Shown here in pieces: positions 39,018 to 48,759 of a stretch of DNA of 64,000 nt; the first letter of the stretch is position 1; each line of letters starts with the position of its first letter. The notes beneath the pieces are model-generated. The model had not been told where the DNA came from, did not search any database, and was given only the letters and a program-made list of their open reading frames with translations. Source of the stretch: Dehalococcoidia bacterium (GTDB lineage: Bacteria > Chloroflexota > Dehalococcoidia > Lucifugimonadales > Australimonadaceae); assembly GCA_965249325.1 (NCBI GenBank), contig CBDFLP010000012.1:73555-137554 (forward strand), read 5' to 3'. A program made the translations under genes and the position numbers.

Positions 39018-41308
39018 CGCGCCTCGTTGGCACCTCGATGCCTACCCTGGAAGCTGCTGAGAAAGCGGCGGGGCGCATTGAGTACATGGGCGACCTCGTC
39101 GTGCCGGGCATGGCGCATGCGAAAGTCGTCCGCAGCCCATTGCCCCACGCGCGCATCGTTTCCATCGACGCGTCCGCCGCCCGCGCGCTCCCGGGGGTCA
39201 TCTGCGTCCTTACCCGCGACGAGATTTGGGCCGACCCGGACATCGAGGATCTGTATGGGTTCGTCTACCGGGACGCTCCTCTGGTGGCGATGGACAAGGT
39301 CAGACACCACGGTGATATCGTGGCCGTAGTGGTCGCGGAAGACATCGCCACAGCGGAGGCGGGCGCCGAGCAGGTGGACGTCGAGTACGACGAGCTTCCC
39401 GCCGTGATGGACGTGAGGGCCGCGCTGGTGGAAGGGGCGTCTCGCGTCCACCAGGAGTTCTTTCCCATCGCGCCGGAGCTGCGTCCGGTGGAAGGCACCA
39501 ACATCTGCCACCAGGCGACGCTGGCGCACGGCGACGTGGAGCAAGGGTTCGCGGAGGCCGACTTCATATACGAGGACGAGTTCTCAGCGCCGCCGGTACA
39601 GCACTGCGCGCTCGACCTGCATGCGGTGATCTCTCAGGTCGACGATGGACGTATCACGGTCTGGACGAACTGCCAGTCGCCCTTTCCCCTCAGCCGCGAG
39701 CTCGAGCGCATGTTCAAGATGCCTGCGCGGGTCATCGTGCCGTACGTCGGCGGCGGGTTCGGCAGCAAGAGCAGGGATCGCATCGAGTGCGTCATCACGG
39801 CGGCGGCGAAGCTTGCCGGCAGGCCGGTGCGTTACGTCTTCACCCAAGAGGAGACGTTCCTGACCTACCTCCGCCCCGCCTACGCCAACCGCATGAGGAC
39901 CGGCGTGAAGCGCGACGGCACTATCGTGGCGCGGCACAACAGCTTCTACGTGGACGTGGGGGCGTACGCCATCAGCGGCGCCCGCAGCGCGAATAATACC
40001 CTCAAGGTGGCGACCGGCCCTTACAAGGTCCCCCACGCGCGCGTCGACTGCTACGCCGTCTACACGAACAAGCCTCCGTCGGCGCCGTACCGCGGCCTGC
40101 CGACGACGCAGCACACGATGTCCTACGAGGGCCAGCTCGACCGCATCGCGCGGGACCTCGGCATCGACCGCCTCGAAATACGGCGGAAGAACCTGGTCCG
40201 CGACGGCGATATCCACATCACGGGCGACTACTTGCGCTCGGCTCACGCCCACGAGTGCCTCGATAGGGCAGCAGCCGCGATTGGCTGGGGCGAACCGCTC
40301 GCTCCCTCGTTGGACGGCAAGACGCTGCGCGGGCGCGGAGTCTCCTGCACCATCAAGTACACGCTCACTCCCCCGCGGCAGATGTCCGAGAACAGCGCCG
40401 AGATCGTCCTTGGCGAGGATGGCGTCTTTGAGACGCGTATCGGGACGGTGAACATCGGACAGGGGTCCGACACCGCGATGGCGCAGATAGCGGGCGACGC
40501 GCTGGGAGTTGGTCTCGATTCGATACGAATCGTCCACAGCGACACCGGCCGCGTCCCCGTCGACAGCTCGACGACGGCGAGCCGGTCGACGTACCACATG
40601 GGCGTCGCGGTCGTCGAAGCCGCGGGGAAGGTCAAGCAGCAGATCGTCGAGGCCGCCTCGCATCTGCTGGAACGCGAGGCCTCCGAGCTGACGGTCAGCG
40701 GCGAGGGCGTCGTTGGGCCGGATGGGGACGGCGCCGGCGTTAGCCTGTCGGACCTGGTTCGCCATGTTGGGGAGCCATTGGCCGCGACCGGGGAGTGCGT
40801 CGTTGGCGGCACGTATCGCGCGCCGGACGGCAAGGACTATCCGATAGCCTCGACATTCTGGACGTTCGCATCGTGTGCGGCGGAGGTGGAGGTCGATACG
40901 GAGACGGGGCAGGTGCGTTTGGTCATGGCCGGGGCCGCCGCAACCACCGGCACCGCCGTGAACCCGCACTCCATCGAGACGCAGCTCGAGGGCGGAGTCG
41001 GCCAGGAGCTCGGGCCGACACTCTTCGAGCAGATGGTCTGGGATGACGGCGGCCAGCTCATCAACTCAGCGCTCATGGACTATCCGCTCCCCACCATGGA
41101 AACGATGCCAAGCTACGCGTCCGAGCTGGTCGATCACCCCTTCGAGGGGGGGCCGTTCGGGGCTAAGGGCATGGGCGAAATCGGTGCCGTTATCCTGCCT
41201 GGCGCGGTGGTGAATGCGGTGTACGACGCGACAGGCGTCCTCTTCCACGACATTCCGCTGCTCCCGTACAAGGTGCTCGAAGCGCTTTACGCGGCGGAGA
41301 AGGAGTAG
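38990..41308 (+). CDS. Xanthine dehydrogenase family molybdopterin-binding large subunit
   Basis: VGGGFGSK, APYRGLP, NIGQGS and AKGMGE motifs. Exact start uncertain. Confidence 0.92.
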   Translation: MCAATGPRVTRLVGTSMPTLEAAEKAAGRIEYMGDLVVPGMAHAKVVRSPLPHARIVSIDASAARALPGVICVLTRDEIWADPDIEDLYGFVYRDAPLVAMDKVRHHGDIVAVVVAEDIATAEAGAEQVDVEYDELPAVMDVRAALVEGASRVHQEFFPIAPELRPVEGTNICHQATLAHGDVEQGFAEADFIYEDEFSAPPVQHCALDLHAVISQVDDGRITVWTNCQSPFPLSRELERMFKMPARVIVPYVGGGFGSKSRDRIECVITAAAKLAGRPVRYVFTQEETFLTYLRPAYANRMRTGVKRDGTIVARHNSFYVDVGAYAISGARSANNTLKVATGPYKVPHARVDCYAVYTNKPPSAPYRGLPTTQHTMSYEGQLDRIARDLGIDRLEIRRKNLVRDGDIHITGDYLRSAHAHECLDRAAAAIGWGEPLAPSLDGKTLRGRGVSCTIKYTLTPPRQMSENSAEIVLGEDGVFETRIGTVNIGQGSDTAMAQIAGDALGVGLDSIRIVHSDTGRVPVDSSTTASRSTYHMGVAVVEAAGKVKQQIVEAASHLLEREASELTVSGEGVVGPDGDGAGVSLSDLVRHVGEPLAATGECVVGGTYRAPDGKDYPIASTFWTFASCAAEVEVDTETGQVRLVMAGAAATTGTAVNPHSIETQLEGGVGQELGPTLFEQMVWDDGGQLINSALMDYPLPTMETMPSYASELVDHPFEGGPFGAKGMGEIGAVILPGAVVNAVYDATGVLFHDIPLLPYKVLEALYAAEKE

Positions 41309-41310
41309 GC

Positions 41311-41772
41311 GTGCGCCTAGAGCTCACGGTGAACGGCGCGGCCTGCAGCATGGACGTTCCCCCGTCCACGACGCTGCTCGACCTGCTCCGCGACCGTCTC
41401 GGCCTGAAGGGGACCAAGGAATACTGTCATAGCGGCGTCTGCGGGGCTTGCACCGTCCTCCTCGACGGTCGCGCCGCGAGCTCGTGCAGTCTCTTGGCGG
41501 GCCAGGCCGAGGGGCATGACGTCGTGACGATCGAGGGCCTCACGCCGGCCGATGGCCTGCACCCGATACAGCAAGCCTTCGTCGACAACTTCGGGCTGCA
41601 GTGCGGCTACTGCACGCCGGGGATGATTCTGCTTGCGAAGGCGCTTCTCGACGAGAACCCAAGCCCGAGCCGGGAGGAGATCATCCGGTACATGGGCGGC
41701 AACATCTGCCGCTGCACCGGGTATGCGGGCATACTGCGGTCGGTCGAGGCCGCCGTCCGGGGCAAGGGCTAG
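41311..41772 (+). CDS. 2Fe-2S small subunit (CoxS family)
   Basis: CHSGVCGAC, QCGYCTPG and NICRCTGY motifs. Confidence 0.93.
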   Translation: MRLELTVNGAACSMDVPPSTTLLDLLRDRLGLKGTKEYCHSGVCGACTVLLDGRAASSCSLLAGQAEGHDVVTIEGLTPADGLHPIQQAFVDNFGLQCGYCTPGMILLAKALLDENPSPSREEIIRYMGGNICRCTGYAGILRSVEAAVRGKG

Positions 41773-42218
41773 TGGAGCTAGCGGACAATTTCGCCGTGAG
41801 CGCGTCGGCGGATGAGACGTGGGCCTTCTTCTGGGACCTGCCGCGCGTGGCCCGCTGTCTGCCCGGCTGCGAGAGCATTGAGACGACCAGCGACTCCACG
41901 TACAGGGCGCGGCTGGTCCAGAAGGTTGGCCCTTTCCAAGTCGCCATGGACATCGACATGGCGGTCGACGAGGTCGAACAGGGGCGTCGCATCGTCGTCT
42001 CGGGCGGAGGGAAGGACCGTATGGGCAACAGGCTTCGCATCAATAGGCTCGCGCTTGAGCTCAGCGAGCCGTCGGCGGACCGGACCGAGGTCAGCTACGA
42101 GCTGGACTTCAACCTGTTCGGTAGACTTGCGACGCTGGGGAACACGGTAGTGAAGCGCAAGGCGGAAGAGACCCGCGTCGAGTTCAGCCGGAACATTGCG
42201 GCGGAGCTGGGGGGCTGA
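41772..42218 (+). CDS. coxG: CoxG/SRPBCC family protein
   Basis: TWAFFWDLPRVARCLPGC, KVGP and GRLATLG. GTG start overlaps the coxS-like stop. Confidence 0.82.
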   Translation: MELADNFAVSASADETWAFFWDLPRVARCLPGCESIETTSDSTYRARLVQKVGPFQVAMDIDMAVDEVEQGRRIVVSGGGKDRMGNRLRINRLALELSEPSADRTEVSYELDFNLFGRLATLGNTVVKRKAEETRVEFSRNIAAELGG

Positions 42219-42279
42219 CCAGCGGCCGCGACCAGTACAGTGGCTGTACGTCGGTCTAGCAGGGTGGGAAGCAGCCCCC

Positions 42280-42669
42280 TTAACCTGCCTCTCTCGGCGG
42301 ACGCGACTCCGGGGGGCCGATGCAGAACTCGTTCCCGTCCGGGTCCGCGCACACCGTGAAATCGGCCAGGCCGTTGTCGATGGTTCGGAGCGCCTGGCCG
42401 CCGAGCTCCACGACGAGGGCCACTGCGGCGTCCATCTCGTCCGTTTCGAAGTCGAAGTGGACGCGGTTCTTGCCCGCCTTGGGCTCGTCGCTCTGCTGCA
42501 GCAGGAAGCAGAGACCGCTGGGTAGTTGCGCCCGGCGGAAGCCTGACTGGGTGGGCGCGGCGAACGCGCACCCCAGCAGCCGCGACCAGAACGCCGCCGC
42601 GCGATCGATGTCCGCAACGTCTATCACGACGGCTTCGAGGAAACCGATAAGTGGGTGTTCCGTGGTCAT
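42280..42669 (-). CDS. VOC/glyoxalase family protein
   Basis: AAAFWSRLLG, KNRVHFD and ADPDGNEFC motifs. Confidence 0.88.
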   Translation of the reverse strand: MTTEHPLIGFLEAVVIDVADIDRAAAFWSRLLGCAFAAPTQSGFRRAQLPSGLCFLLQQSDEPKAGKNRVHFDFETDEMDAAVALVVELGGQALRTIDNGLADFTVCADPDGNEFCIGPPESRPPREAG

Positions 42670-42826
42670 CCCAGCTGATCCTAAGGCTCGCGGTACATAT
42701 TGCGAGGGTTCTCGCGGAGGATAGCATCCGGCGCTCCTCCTCGATGTCTGCCCATCGATGTGGCTTCTTCTGCGCCTCCTGCCTCCGTCCGCTACAATCC
42801 CGCTCGACTCGCTAAAGGAGGCCGAC

Positions 42827-44308
42827 ATGCCAGTGCAGGACCTGCGTGAGTGGATCGCGCGCATCGAGGAGATGGGCGAGCTGACCCGCATCGAGGGCGC
42901 CGACCCCAACCTGGAGATAGGCGGGCTCACCGACCTCTACCAGTGGGACATGGAGAACCCCGCCTTGCTCTTCGAGAAGATCAAGGGCCACTCGGAGGGC
43001 TACCGGCTCATCTCGAACGTCCTCACGTCGCTCCCGCGCATCTGCCTGAGCCTCGACCTCCCGACCGAGCTGACGCGCCAGGAGTTCGTCAAGACGTGGC
43101 GCGACCGCCTCAAGGAGTTCACGCCCATCGCGCCGAGACAGGTGGAGGACGGGCCTGTGCTCGACAACCGTCAGGAGGAAGGCGAGGTGGACGTGACGCA
43201 ATTCCCCGCGCCGTTCTGGCACTCCGAGGACGGCGGCAATTTCCTCGGCACCGGTAACATCGTCATCATGCGCGACCCGGACACCGGCTGGGTGAACGCG
43301 GGCACGTATCGCGTTCAGGTGCACGACAAGAACACGCTCGGCATCATGATTTCGCCCGGCAAGCACGGCCGCATGATCCGCGAGAAGTACTGGGCGAAGG
43401 GCAAGGCGTGCCCGGTCGCGGTGTCGTTCGGACAGGACCCGCTGCTGCTGCTGCTCGGCGGGCTGGAGGTCGACTACGGCGAGGACGAGTTCGCGGTTGC
43501 GGGCGGCATGCGCAACGAGCCGCTGGACGTCATCGCCGCGCCGCTCACCGGTCTGCCCGTCCCCGCGACGTCCGAGATAGTTATCGAGGGCGAGATACCG
43601 CCGGACCAGTTCCACCAGGAAGGTCCGTTCGGCGAGTGGACGGGTTACTACGCGGGCGGCGAGCGCGACATGCCCATCATCAACGTGAAGTCGATCAACT
43701 GGCGGAACAACCCCATCGTGATGGGCTGCCTGCCGGGCAAGCCGCCGAACGACAACACGTACTTCCGCAGTCCGCTGCGCGCGGCGATGCTCTGGAACGA
43801 GCTGGAGCGCGCGGGAGTGCCGGGCATCGTCGGCGCGTGGTCGCACGAGGCCGGCGGTGGGCGCTTCCTGAACGTCATCTCCATCAAGCAGATGTACCCC
43901 GGCCACGCGAAACAGGTCGGTCACGCGACGACCGCCGTCCACGCGGGCGCGTACGCCAACCGGTTCGTCATCGTGGTCGACGACGACATCGACCCCACCG
44001 ACACGAACGAGGTGCTGTGGGCGCTCTGCACGCGCACGGAGGTGACGGAGGACGTCGACATCGTGAAGCGGATGTGGAGCACGTCGCTCGACCCGATGGC
44101 CTACGCCGGAGACGAGGGGCCGCGCTACTACAACAACCGCATGATCATCGACGCGTGCCGTCCGTACGACCGCCTGGCGACGTTCCCGCCCGTGGCGCGG
44201 GCGACGCAGGAGCAGGCCGCCGACCTCCGCGCCCAGTGGCCGCAGCTCTTCACCGCCGACGGCAAGGTCCGCAAGGACGTGCGGAAGGCGTCGCGGAATG
44301 GGGGCTGA
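42827..44308 (+). CDS. UbiD family (prFMN-dependent) decarboxylase
   Basis: DLREWI, NAGTYR, EGPFGEWTGYY, VVDDDID and IIDACRP motifs. AAGGAGG RBS. Confidence 0.93.
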   Translation: MPVQDLREWIARIEEMGELTRIEGADPNLEIGGLTDLYQWDMENPALLFEKIKGHSEGYRLISNVLTSLPRICLSLDLPTELTRQEFVKTWRDRLKEFTPIAPRQVEDGPVLDNRQEEGEVDVTQFPAPFWHSEDGGNFLGTGNIVIMRDPDTGWVNAGTYRVQVHDKNTLGIMISPGKHGRMIREKYWAKGKACPVAVSFGQDPLLLLLGGLEVDYGEDEFAVAGGMRNEPLDVIAAPLTGLPVPATSEIVIEGEIPPDQFHQEGPFGEWTGYYAGGERDMPIINVKSINWRNNPIVMGCLPGKPPNDNTYFRSPLRAAMLWNELERAGVPGIVGAWSHEAGGGRFLNVISIKQMYPGHAKQVGHATTAVHAGAYANRFVIVVDDDIDPTDTNEVLWALCTRTEVTEDVDIVKRMWSTSLDPMAYAGDEGPRYYNNRMIIDACRPYDRLATFPPVARATQEQAADLRAQWPQLFTADGKVRKDVRKASRNGG

Positions 44309-44358
44309 CCCCGATAGCTCACAGGGATGCACCGGATGGGCGCTGCGCTTTCAGACGT

Positions 44359-44397
44359 TGTCATGCTGAGCGGAGCGCAGCGGAGTCGAAGCATCTC
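44359..44397 (+). repeat. REP-like element (family C, GTCATGCTGAGCG...GAAGCATCT)
   Basis: Imperfect palindrome of a widespread extragenic repeat type, downstream of the UbiD gene. Confidence 0.5.
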
Positions 44398-44475
44398 TCG
44401 GGTTGTGTGACACGCAGGGCTTGCGCGAACGTTCTCATGAGGCATTAGGGTGAGGTCAGAGGCTCCTGCCTCGCG

Positions 44476-44505
44476 TTGACCACTACCCGCAGGTGTACAT
44501 ACACT
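44476..44505 (+). promoter_or_regulatory. Sigma70-type promoter with palindromic operator for brnTA
   Basis: TTGACC-N18-TACACT. Palindrome GTGTA-CA-TACAC (44493-44504) overlaps the -10. ATG follows 4 nt later. Confidence 0.6.
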
Positions 44506-44509
44506 AGAC

Positions 44510-44770
44510 ATGCCTTACGAATGGGACGAGACCAAGCGCCAGACAAACCTGGGGAAGCACGGGATAGACTTCGAGCAGGTGGAAGCATTCGAGTGGGGAA
44601 CAGCACATGTGGAGGCCCAAGTGCGCTTCGGAGAACAACGCTACCTTGCTTATGGCTACATCGGCGACCGCCTACACGCCCTCGCTTACGTGACGCGCGG
44701 CAGTAACATCCGAGTCGTCAGCCTCCGGAAGACCAATCCAAGGGAGGAGAATCGCTATGCCGCCTCTTAA
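44510..44770 (+). CDS. brnT: BrnT family toxin
   Basis: YEWDETKRQTNLGKHGIDFE...IRVVSLRK. Confidence 0.92.
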   Translation: MPYEWDETKRQTNLGKHGIDFEQVEAFEWGTAHVEAQVRFGEQRYLAYGYIGDRLHALAYVTRGSNIRVVSLRKTNPREENRYAAS

Positions 44771-45071
44771 GCCAGGCCACATAAGCCCGACGCCCGAAGA
44801 AGCGGCTGCAATCGATGCCGCCATCGCCGACGACCCCGACACATGGGAAGCAACCGGCCCATTGCTTCCGGCCGAGGAGGTTGTTCCGCACATCGTGAAG
44901 GCGTACCGCGAGGGCAGGCTAACCCTGCCGCCCTACGCGCGCAAGGAGCATGCCAAGACGCGCGTGACGATCCGCCTCGACGCCGACGTCGTTGCGCGGC
45001 TCCGCGCCGACGGCCCCGGCTGGCAGACTCGCGCGAACGCCGCCCTCCGCGAGGCCGTGCTGGGGTCGTGA
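44757..45071 (+). CDS. brnA: BrnA family antitoxin
   Basis: KTRVTIRLDADVV...GPGWQTRANAALR. Confidence 0.9.
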   Translation: MPPLKPGHISPTPEEAAAIDAAIADDPDTWEATGPLLPAEEVVPHIVKAYREGRLTLPPYARKEHAKTRVTIRLDADVVARLRADGPGWQTRANAALREAVLGS

Positions 45072-45081
45072 GGGGCATCTA

Positions 45082-46098
45082 GTGGACATCAACCTCAGCA
45101 GCCGTGCAATAGAAAAACTCCTCGATTACACAGCCAGCGGAATCGGCAGTGTTGCTGGCCTAGTGTTTGCGCGATGGAAGGCTCGCAGGGAAGCTGACGC
45201 GCAGAGAATTTTAGCCGAAGGGAAAGCAGACACAATACGAATTATTGCAAACGCCCAAGCCGAGGCTCGTGAGATTCTGATATCGCCAGATTCCAAGGTT
45301 CTTGGTGAAATTCAAATGGGGAAGGCTATAGACCAAAGAATTCAGTTTCAAGAAGAAAAAAGGTTTAGCAATATCCGAGCAGTCGTGCAGCAAGCAGCTT
45401 CACAACTTGGCGACAATGAGGTTCCAGATACCGAACCCGACCACGACTGGACTGCACGTTTCTTCAACGAAGTACAAGACGTATCTTCCGAAGACATGCA
45501 GGCGCTATGGGCAAGAGTGCTCGCGGGTGAGGTTGAGCGACCTGGAAGCGTATTCCTACGGACACTTGATATTTTAAGAAACCTTGATCAAGCAACTGCT
45601 ACACTTTTCAGAAAGCTTTGTTCCGCTTCTATTTCGATTAGGCTGAATGAAGGCCTGTCTCTGAATGAAGGCCTGTCTATTGATGCTCATGTTCCCTCAT
45701 TGGGCCGCGATGCAGGAGATAACTCGTTGCAAGAGTATGGATTAGGCTTCGGCAATCTCAATAGATTGAATGAATATGGATTGATAATCTCTGACTACAA
45801 CTCTTGGCGTGACTATCACCTGTCCATTGTGAGTCGTTCTGAATCCGAGCAGCCACTATCGCCATTCACTTTCCAGAGCCGGAATTGGGTTTTGGTATCG
45901 ACAGATCAGCGACAGCCCCCAGAATTTAGGGTGAATGGCGTTGCACTCACCCAATCAGGGCAAGAGTTATCAAGGATCGTTGACATTGAGCCTATGGACG
46001 AATACGTTCAGGGCCTAAGAAAGTTCTTTGGAACAAAGAACCTACAAATGACTGAAGTTGAAGACTGGCACCCGACCATCGTGCGTGCTTCCTGCTGA
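45082..46098 (+). CDS. DUF2806-like protein, low-GC accessory gene
   Basis: DHDWTARFF...VSSEDMQALWARVLAGEVERPGS...LRTL motif. Visibly more AT-rich than its flanks. Confidence 0.75.
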   Translation: MDINLSSRAIEKLLDYTASGIGSVAGLVFARWKARREADAQRILAEGKADTIRIIANAQAEAREILISPDSKVLGEIQMGKAIDQRIQFQEEKRFSNIRAVVQQAASQLGDNEVPDTEPDHDWTARFFNEVQDVSSEDMQALWARVLAGEVERPGSVFLRTLDILRNLDQATATLFRKLCSASISIRLNEGLSLNEGLSIDAHVPSLGRDAGDNSLQEYGLGFGNLNRLNEYGLIISDYNSWRDYHLSIVSRSESEQPLSPFTFQSRNWVLVSTDQRQPPEFRVNGVALTQSGQELSRIVDIEPMDEYVQGLRKFFGTKNLQMTEVEDWHPTIVRASC

Positions 46099-46171
46099 AC
46101 CTCAGACGGCGCGCCAGCACAGCGCCCTTCTCTAACTCACCCACGCTGTCCCCCCTCAGGTTATCCGCCCC

Positions 46172-46915
46172 CTAGATATCCGCTGACCTTGGCCGCAGGG
46201 ACTCCGGGTTGGCGTCGACCCATTTCCAGTAGTGCTCCCACGCTTCGGAGACTTCGCCTCGGGCGCGGCGGTCGAGCGACGGCTGTAGGACGAGCGACGG
46301 CATCGCCTCCGGCGCGCCGATGAGCTGCGCGCGCCACGTCATCTCCGCCAGGTGCTCGATCGCGATGGCGTCTATCGTCGTGGTCTCGACGTTCGGGCCG
46401 GTGAAGACCATGCCGTGGTTCTGCAGGTGGCAGGCGTTCGCGCCCTGCATCCGCGCGGCGACCGTCTTGCCCTGCTCCACGCTGCGTATCAGCGCTTTGT
46501 CCTCGTCGAACATAACGGGCTCGTGGGCGACGGCGGTCGCGAGCTCGGGGTCGAGGAGAGGGAGGATGGTCGCGCCCGCGACGCCCATCATCGTCGCCCA
46601 CTTCTGGTGGGTGTGGATGATGGAGCCGACGTCCGGATGCGTGCGGTAGATCTCGGCGTGGATGGGCCACTCGCTGACCTTGGTGATCTTGCGGTCGCCC
46701 GCGCCGACGATGTTGCCGTCGAAGTCCATCACGATGAGGTCCTCGGCGCGGACGCGGTGCATCTGGATGTGGGGCCACGGCTTGATGAAGAAGGTGTCGG
46801 TATCGGGGATGCGCGCACTGGTGTGGCCGCGCGTCGTTCCGAGGCCGGTGAGGTAGAGGAGGCGGTGGGAGACCGCGACCGTCTCGCGTAGGGCTGCCAG
46901 CGCGTCGTTGTCCAT
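46172..46915 (-). CDS. Class II aldolase/adducin family protein
   Basis: GHTSAR, EWPIHAEIY, IIHTH and LQNHG motifs. Confidence 0.9.
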   Translation of the reverse strand: MDNDALAALRETVAVSHRLLYLTGLGTTRGHTSARIPDTDTFFIKPWPHIQMHRVRAEDLIVMDFDGNIVGAGDRKITKVSEWPIHAEIYRTHPDVGSIIHTHQKWATMMGVAGATILPLLDPELATAVAHEPVMFDEDKALIRSVEQGKTVAARMQGANACHLQNHGMVFTGPNVETTTIDAIAIEHLAEMTWRAQLIGAPEAMPSLVLQPSLDRRARGEVSEAWEHYWKWVDANPESLRPRSADI

Positions 46916-47065
46916 CGGTTCGCCTCCTACACTCTGCGCTTGGCCCAACGTTCTTCTTCCCATCCACCCGCCCGAACGCCTGTGGGGGACACTCCCACAT
47001 CCCCGGCAGAGGCGCGGGCCCCTCTGCACTCCCTCACACTACGAGCGGCCTTCTGCGCCGCTCAC

Positions 47066-47092
47066 TGGATTCTCGCTTTCGCAGGAATGACG
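47066..47092 (-). repeat. REP/dRS3-like palindrome (family A)
   Basis: TGGATTCTCGCTTTCGCAGGAATGACG. Confidence 0.65.
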
Positions 47093-47121
47093 GCGGAGGG
47101 CGGGAATGGCAGAGGGATTGG

Positions 47122-47889
47122 TCATATCCCCGGGTGGCGGACGTAGGATGCGTCGCGGTGCTCGTCCAGCCACTCCTGGTTGCCCCATTCGCCGCGGGCG
47201 ACGCCGTCGCGCACGTCGGGGCGGGGCGGCTCCCAGCGCTTCGCGGCGTCGTCGGCGAGGTAGCGCTGTTCGATGGACTCCGGCGTGCCGATGAGCATCG
47301 CGCGCCACGTCAGCTCGGCCTGCTCCTCGGCGTCGGCGGCGGCAAGCATCGACTTCGAGACTGTCGTGCCGACGAACACCATGCCGTGTCCGCGCAGGTG
47401 GCAGGCGACGTTTCCGCCGAGCAGCGCCGCGACCGCCGCTCCCTTCTCCGGCGAGTCGACGGCGTCAGGCGGGCCGGTGTAGACCGGCCACCGCTCTGCC
47501 GCGACGGACGCCGTCGGGGGGTGGATGACGGGGAGGACGTCGCGTCCGGCGAGCCCGAACACGGTGCACCACTTCTGGTGCGTGTGGGTGACGGCGCTCA
47601 CTTCGGGCCGCGCCTTGTATATCTCCGTGTGCAGCGCCCACGAGCCGACGCGCCCCGGATAGCGCTCGCTTGCCTCGACGACGTTGCCGTCGAGGTCGAT
47701 GAGCATGAGGTCGTCCGCCTCGACGCGCTCGAGGCTGACGGCGGGCGTCGCGCGGACCAGGACGAGGTCGGAGTCCGGCACCCGCGCGCTGACGTGTCCC
47801 TGGTAGGCACCGAGGCCGTAGTGGTGCAGGAGACGGTTCGCGAGAGCGACCTGCTCACGAAGGGCTTTGGTTTGGGCGTCGTCGGCCAT
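47122..47889 (-). CDS. Class II aldolase/adducin family protein
   Basis: GHVSAR, LHTEIY, VTHTH and LRGHG motifs. Paralogue of the neighbouring gene. Confidence 0.9.
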   Translation of the reverse strand: MADDAQTKALREQVALANRLLHHYGLGAYQGHVSARVPDSDLVLVRATPAVSLERVEADDLMLIDLDGNVVEASERYPGRVGSWALHTEIYKARPEVSAVTHTHQKWCTVFGLAGRDVLPVIHPPTASVAAERWPVYTGPPDAVDSPEKGAAVAALLGGNVACHLRGHGMVFVGTTVSKSMLAAADAEEQAELTWRAMLIGTPESIEQRYLADDAAKRWEPPRPDVRDGVARGEWGNQEWLDEHRDASYVRHPGI

Positions 47890-48510
47890 AGCGTGGCGGA
47901 TGCTAACACAGGCGGAAAGTGGGGCTCGCGGTCGCTTGGCGGATGAAGCGCGGCACTTCTATGCATGTCAACGCCAAGGGCTCTTTCTGCTCGCTTGCTG
48001 GTAACTGTTCAGAGTCGAAGAGGCCCATCCCATCCGTCATTGCCTCGAAAATAGGGCTCAGCAGAGGTGATGTAGCCGTCCTCCACCCCCTATTTTCGTC
48101 GGTTGTGGTGTGGGACGACAGCCCCACATGAGAGATTCCCGCGTAGGCGGGATCCCAGGTATCGACCCCGCCCCAATCGGTCGTGGTGAGCCAGTCGAAC
48201 CACGAGGCCCGCCAATCAACGCCGTGCCCCCTGATCCGGCGGGAAGACTGACACTTGCCCCTTCCCCAACGCCCCCAGACATCTTACAATGCGATGTCGG
48301 AATGTCGTCATGCCTAGGCCGCAGTATCCCAACCACCGGCGCCGGACTTGTTTCCGCCCTCCCTCTGCGGAAGGAGTGCGAGAAGGGAGGGCGGGGCCGG
48401 ACGCCGCTGCGAAAACATTAAAAATCTCGAACGAGGAAGTTCTGAGGCCCAGGAAGCAGGCCACGGCCATGGAACACCCTCCAAAACCCCCGGTTCACCC
48501 CGCGTTTTTG

Positions 48511-48637
48511 GGGAACTTTCACGCCTGGAGCCATGCAAAACGGGGAACTTTTTACTCGTAGCCAAAATGAACTTGGGAACTTTTTCACTGGTAACGAAAA
48601 TGAGCTGGGGAACTTTTTCACGCAAAACCGGGAACTT
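48511..48637 (+). repeat. Five phased GGGAACTT repeats
   Basis: Copies start at 48511, 48543, 48575, 48608 and 48630 (spacing 32, 32, 33, 22). Confidence 0.85.
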
Positions 48638-48732
48638 CCTGTACCCAGCCTCCACAAGTGAAGGGGCGGGGCGCCGGAGGGCTGCGAGGGAAGCGCGGGT
48701 AACTGTTCAGAGTCGAGGAGGCCCATCCCATC

Positions 48733-48759
48733 CGTCATTCCCGCGAAAGCGGGAATCCA
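48733..48759 (+). repeat. REP/dRS3-like palindrome (family A)
   Basis: CGTCATTCCCGCGAAAGCGGGAATCCA (ATTCCC-N8-GGGAAT core). Confidence 0.75.

Noticed and set aside
42812-44332. Long antisense ORFs opposite UbiD and other genes
   Set aside because: Expected shadow ORFs in high-GC DNA, with no protein-family motifs.
48511-48637. GGGAACTT array as a mini-CRISPR
   Set aside because: The repeat is only 8-12 bp, the period is 22-33 bp, and the intervening sequences resemble each other.
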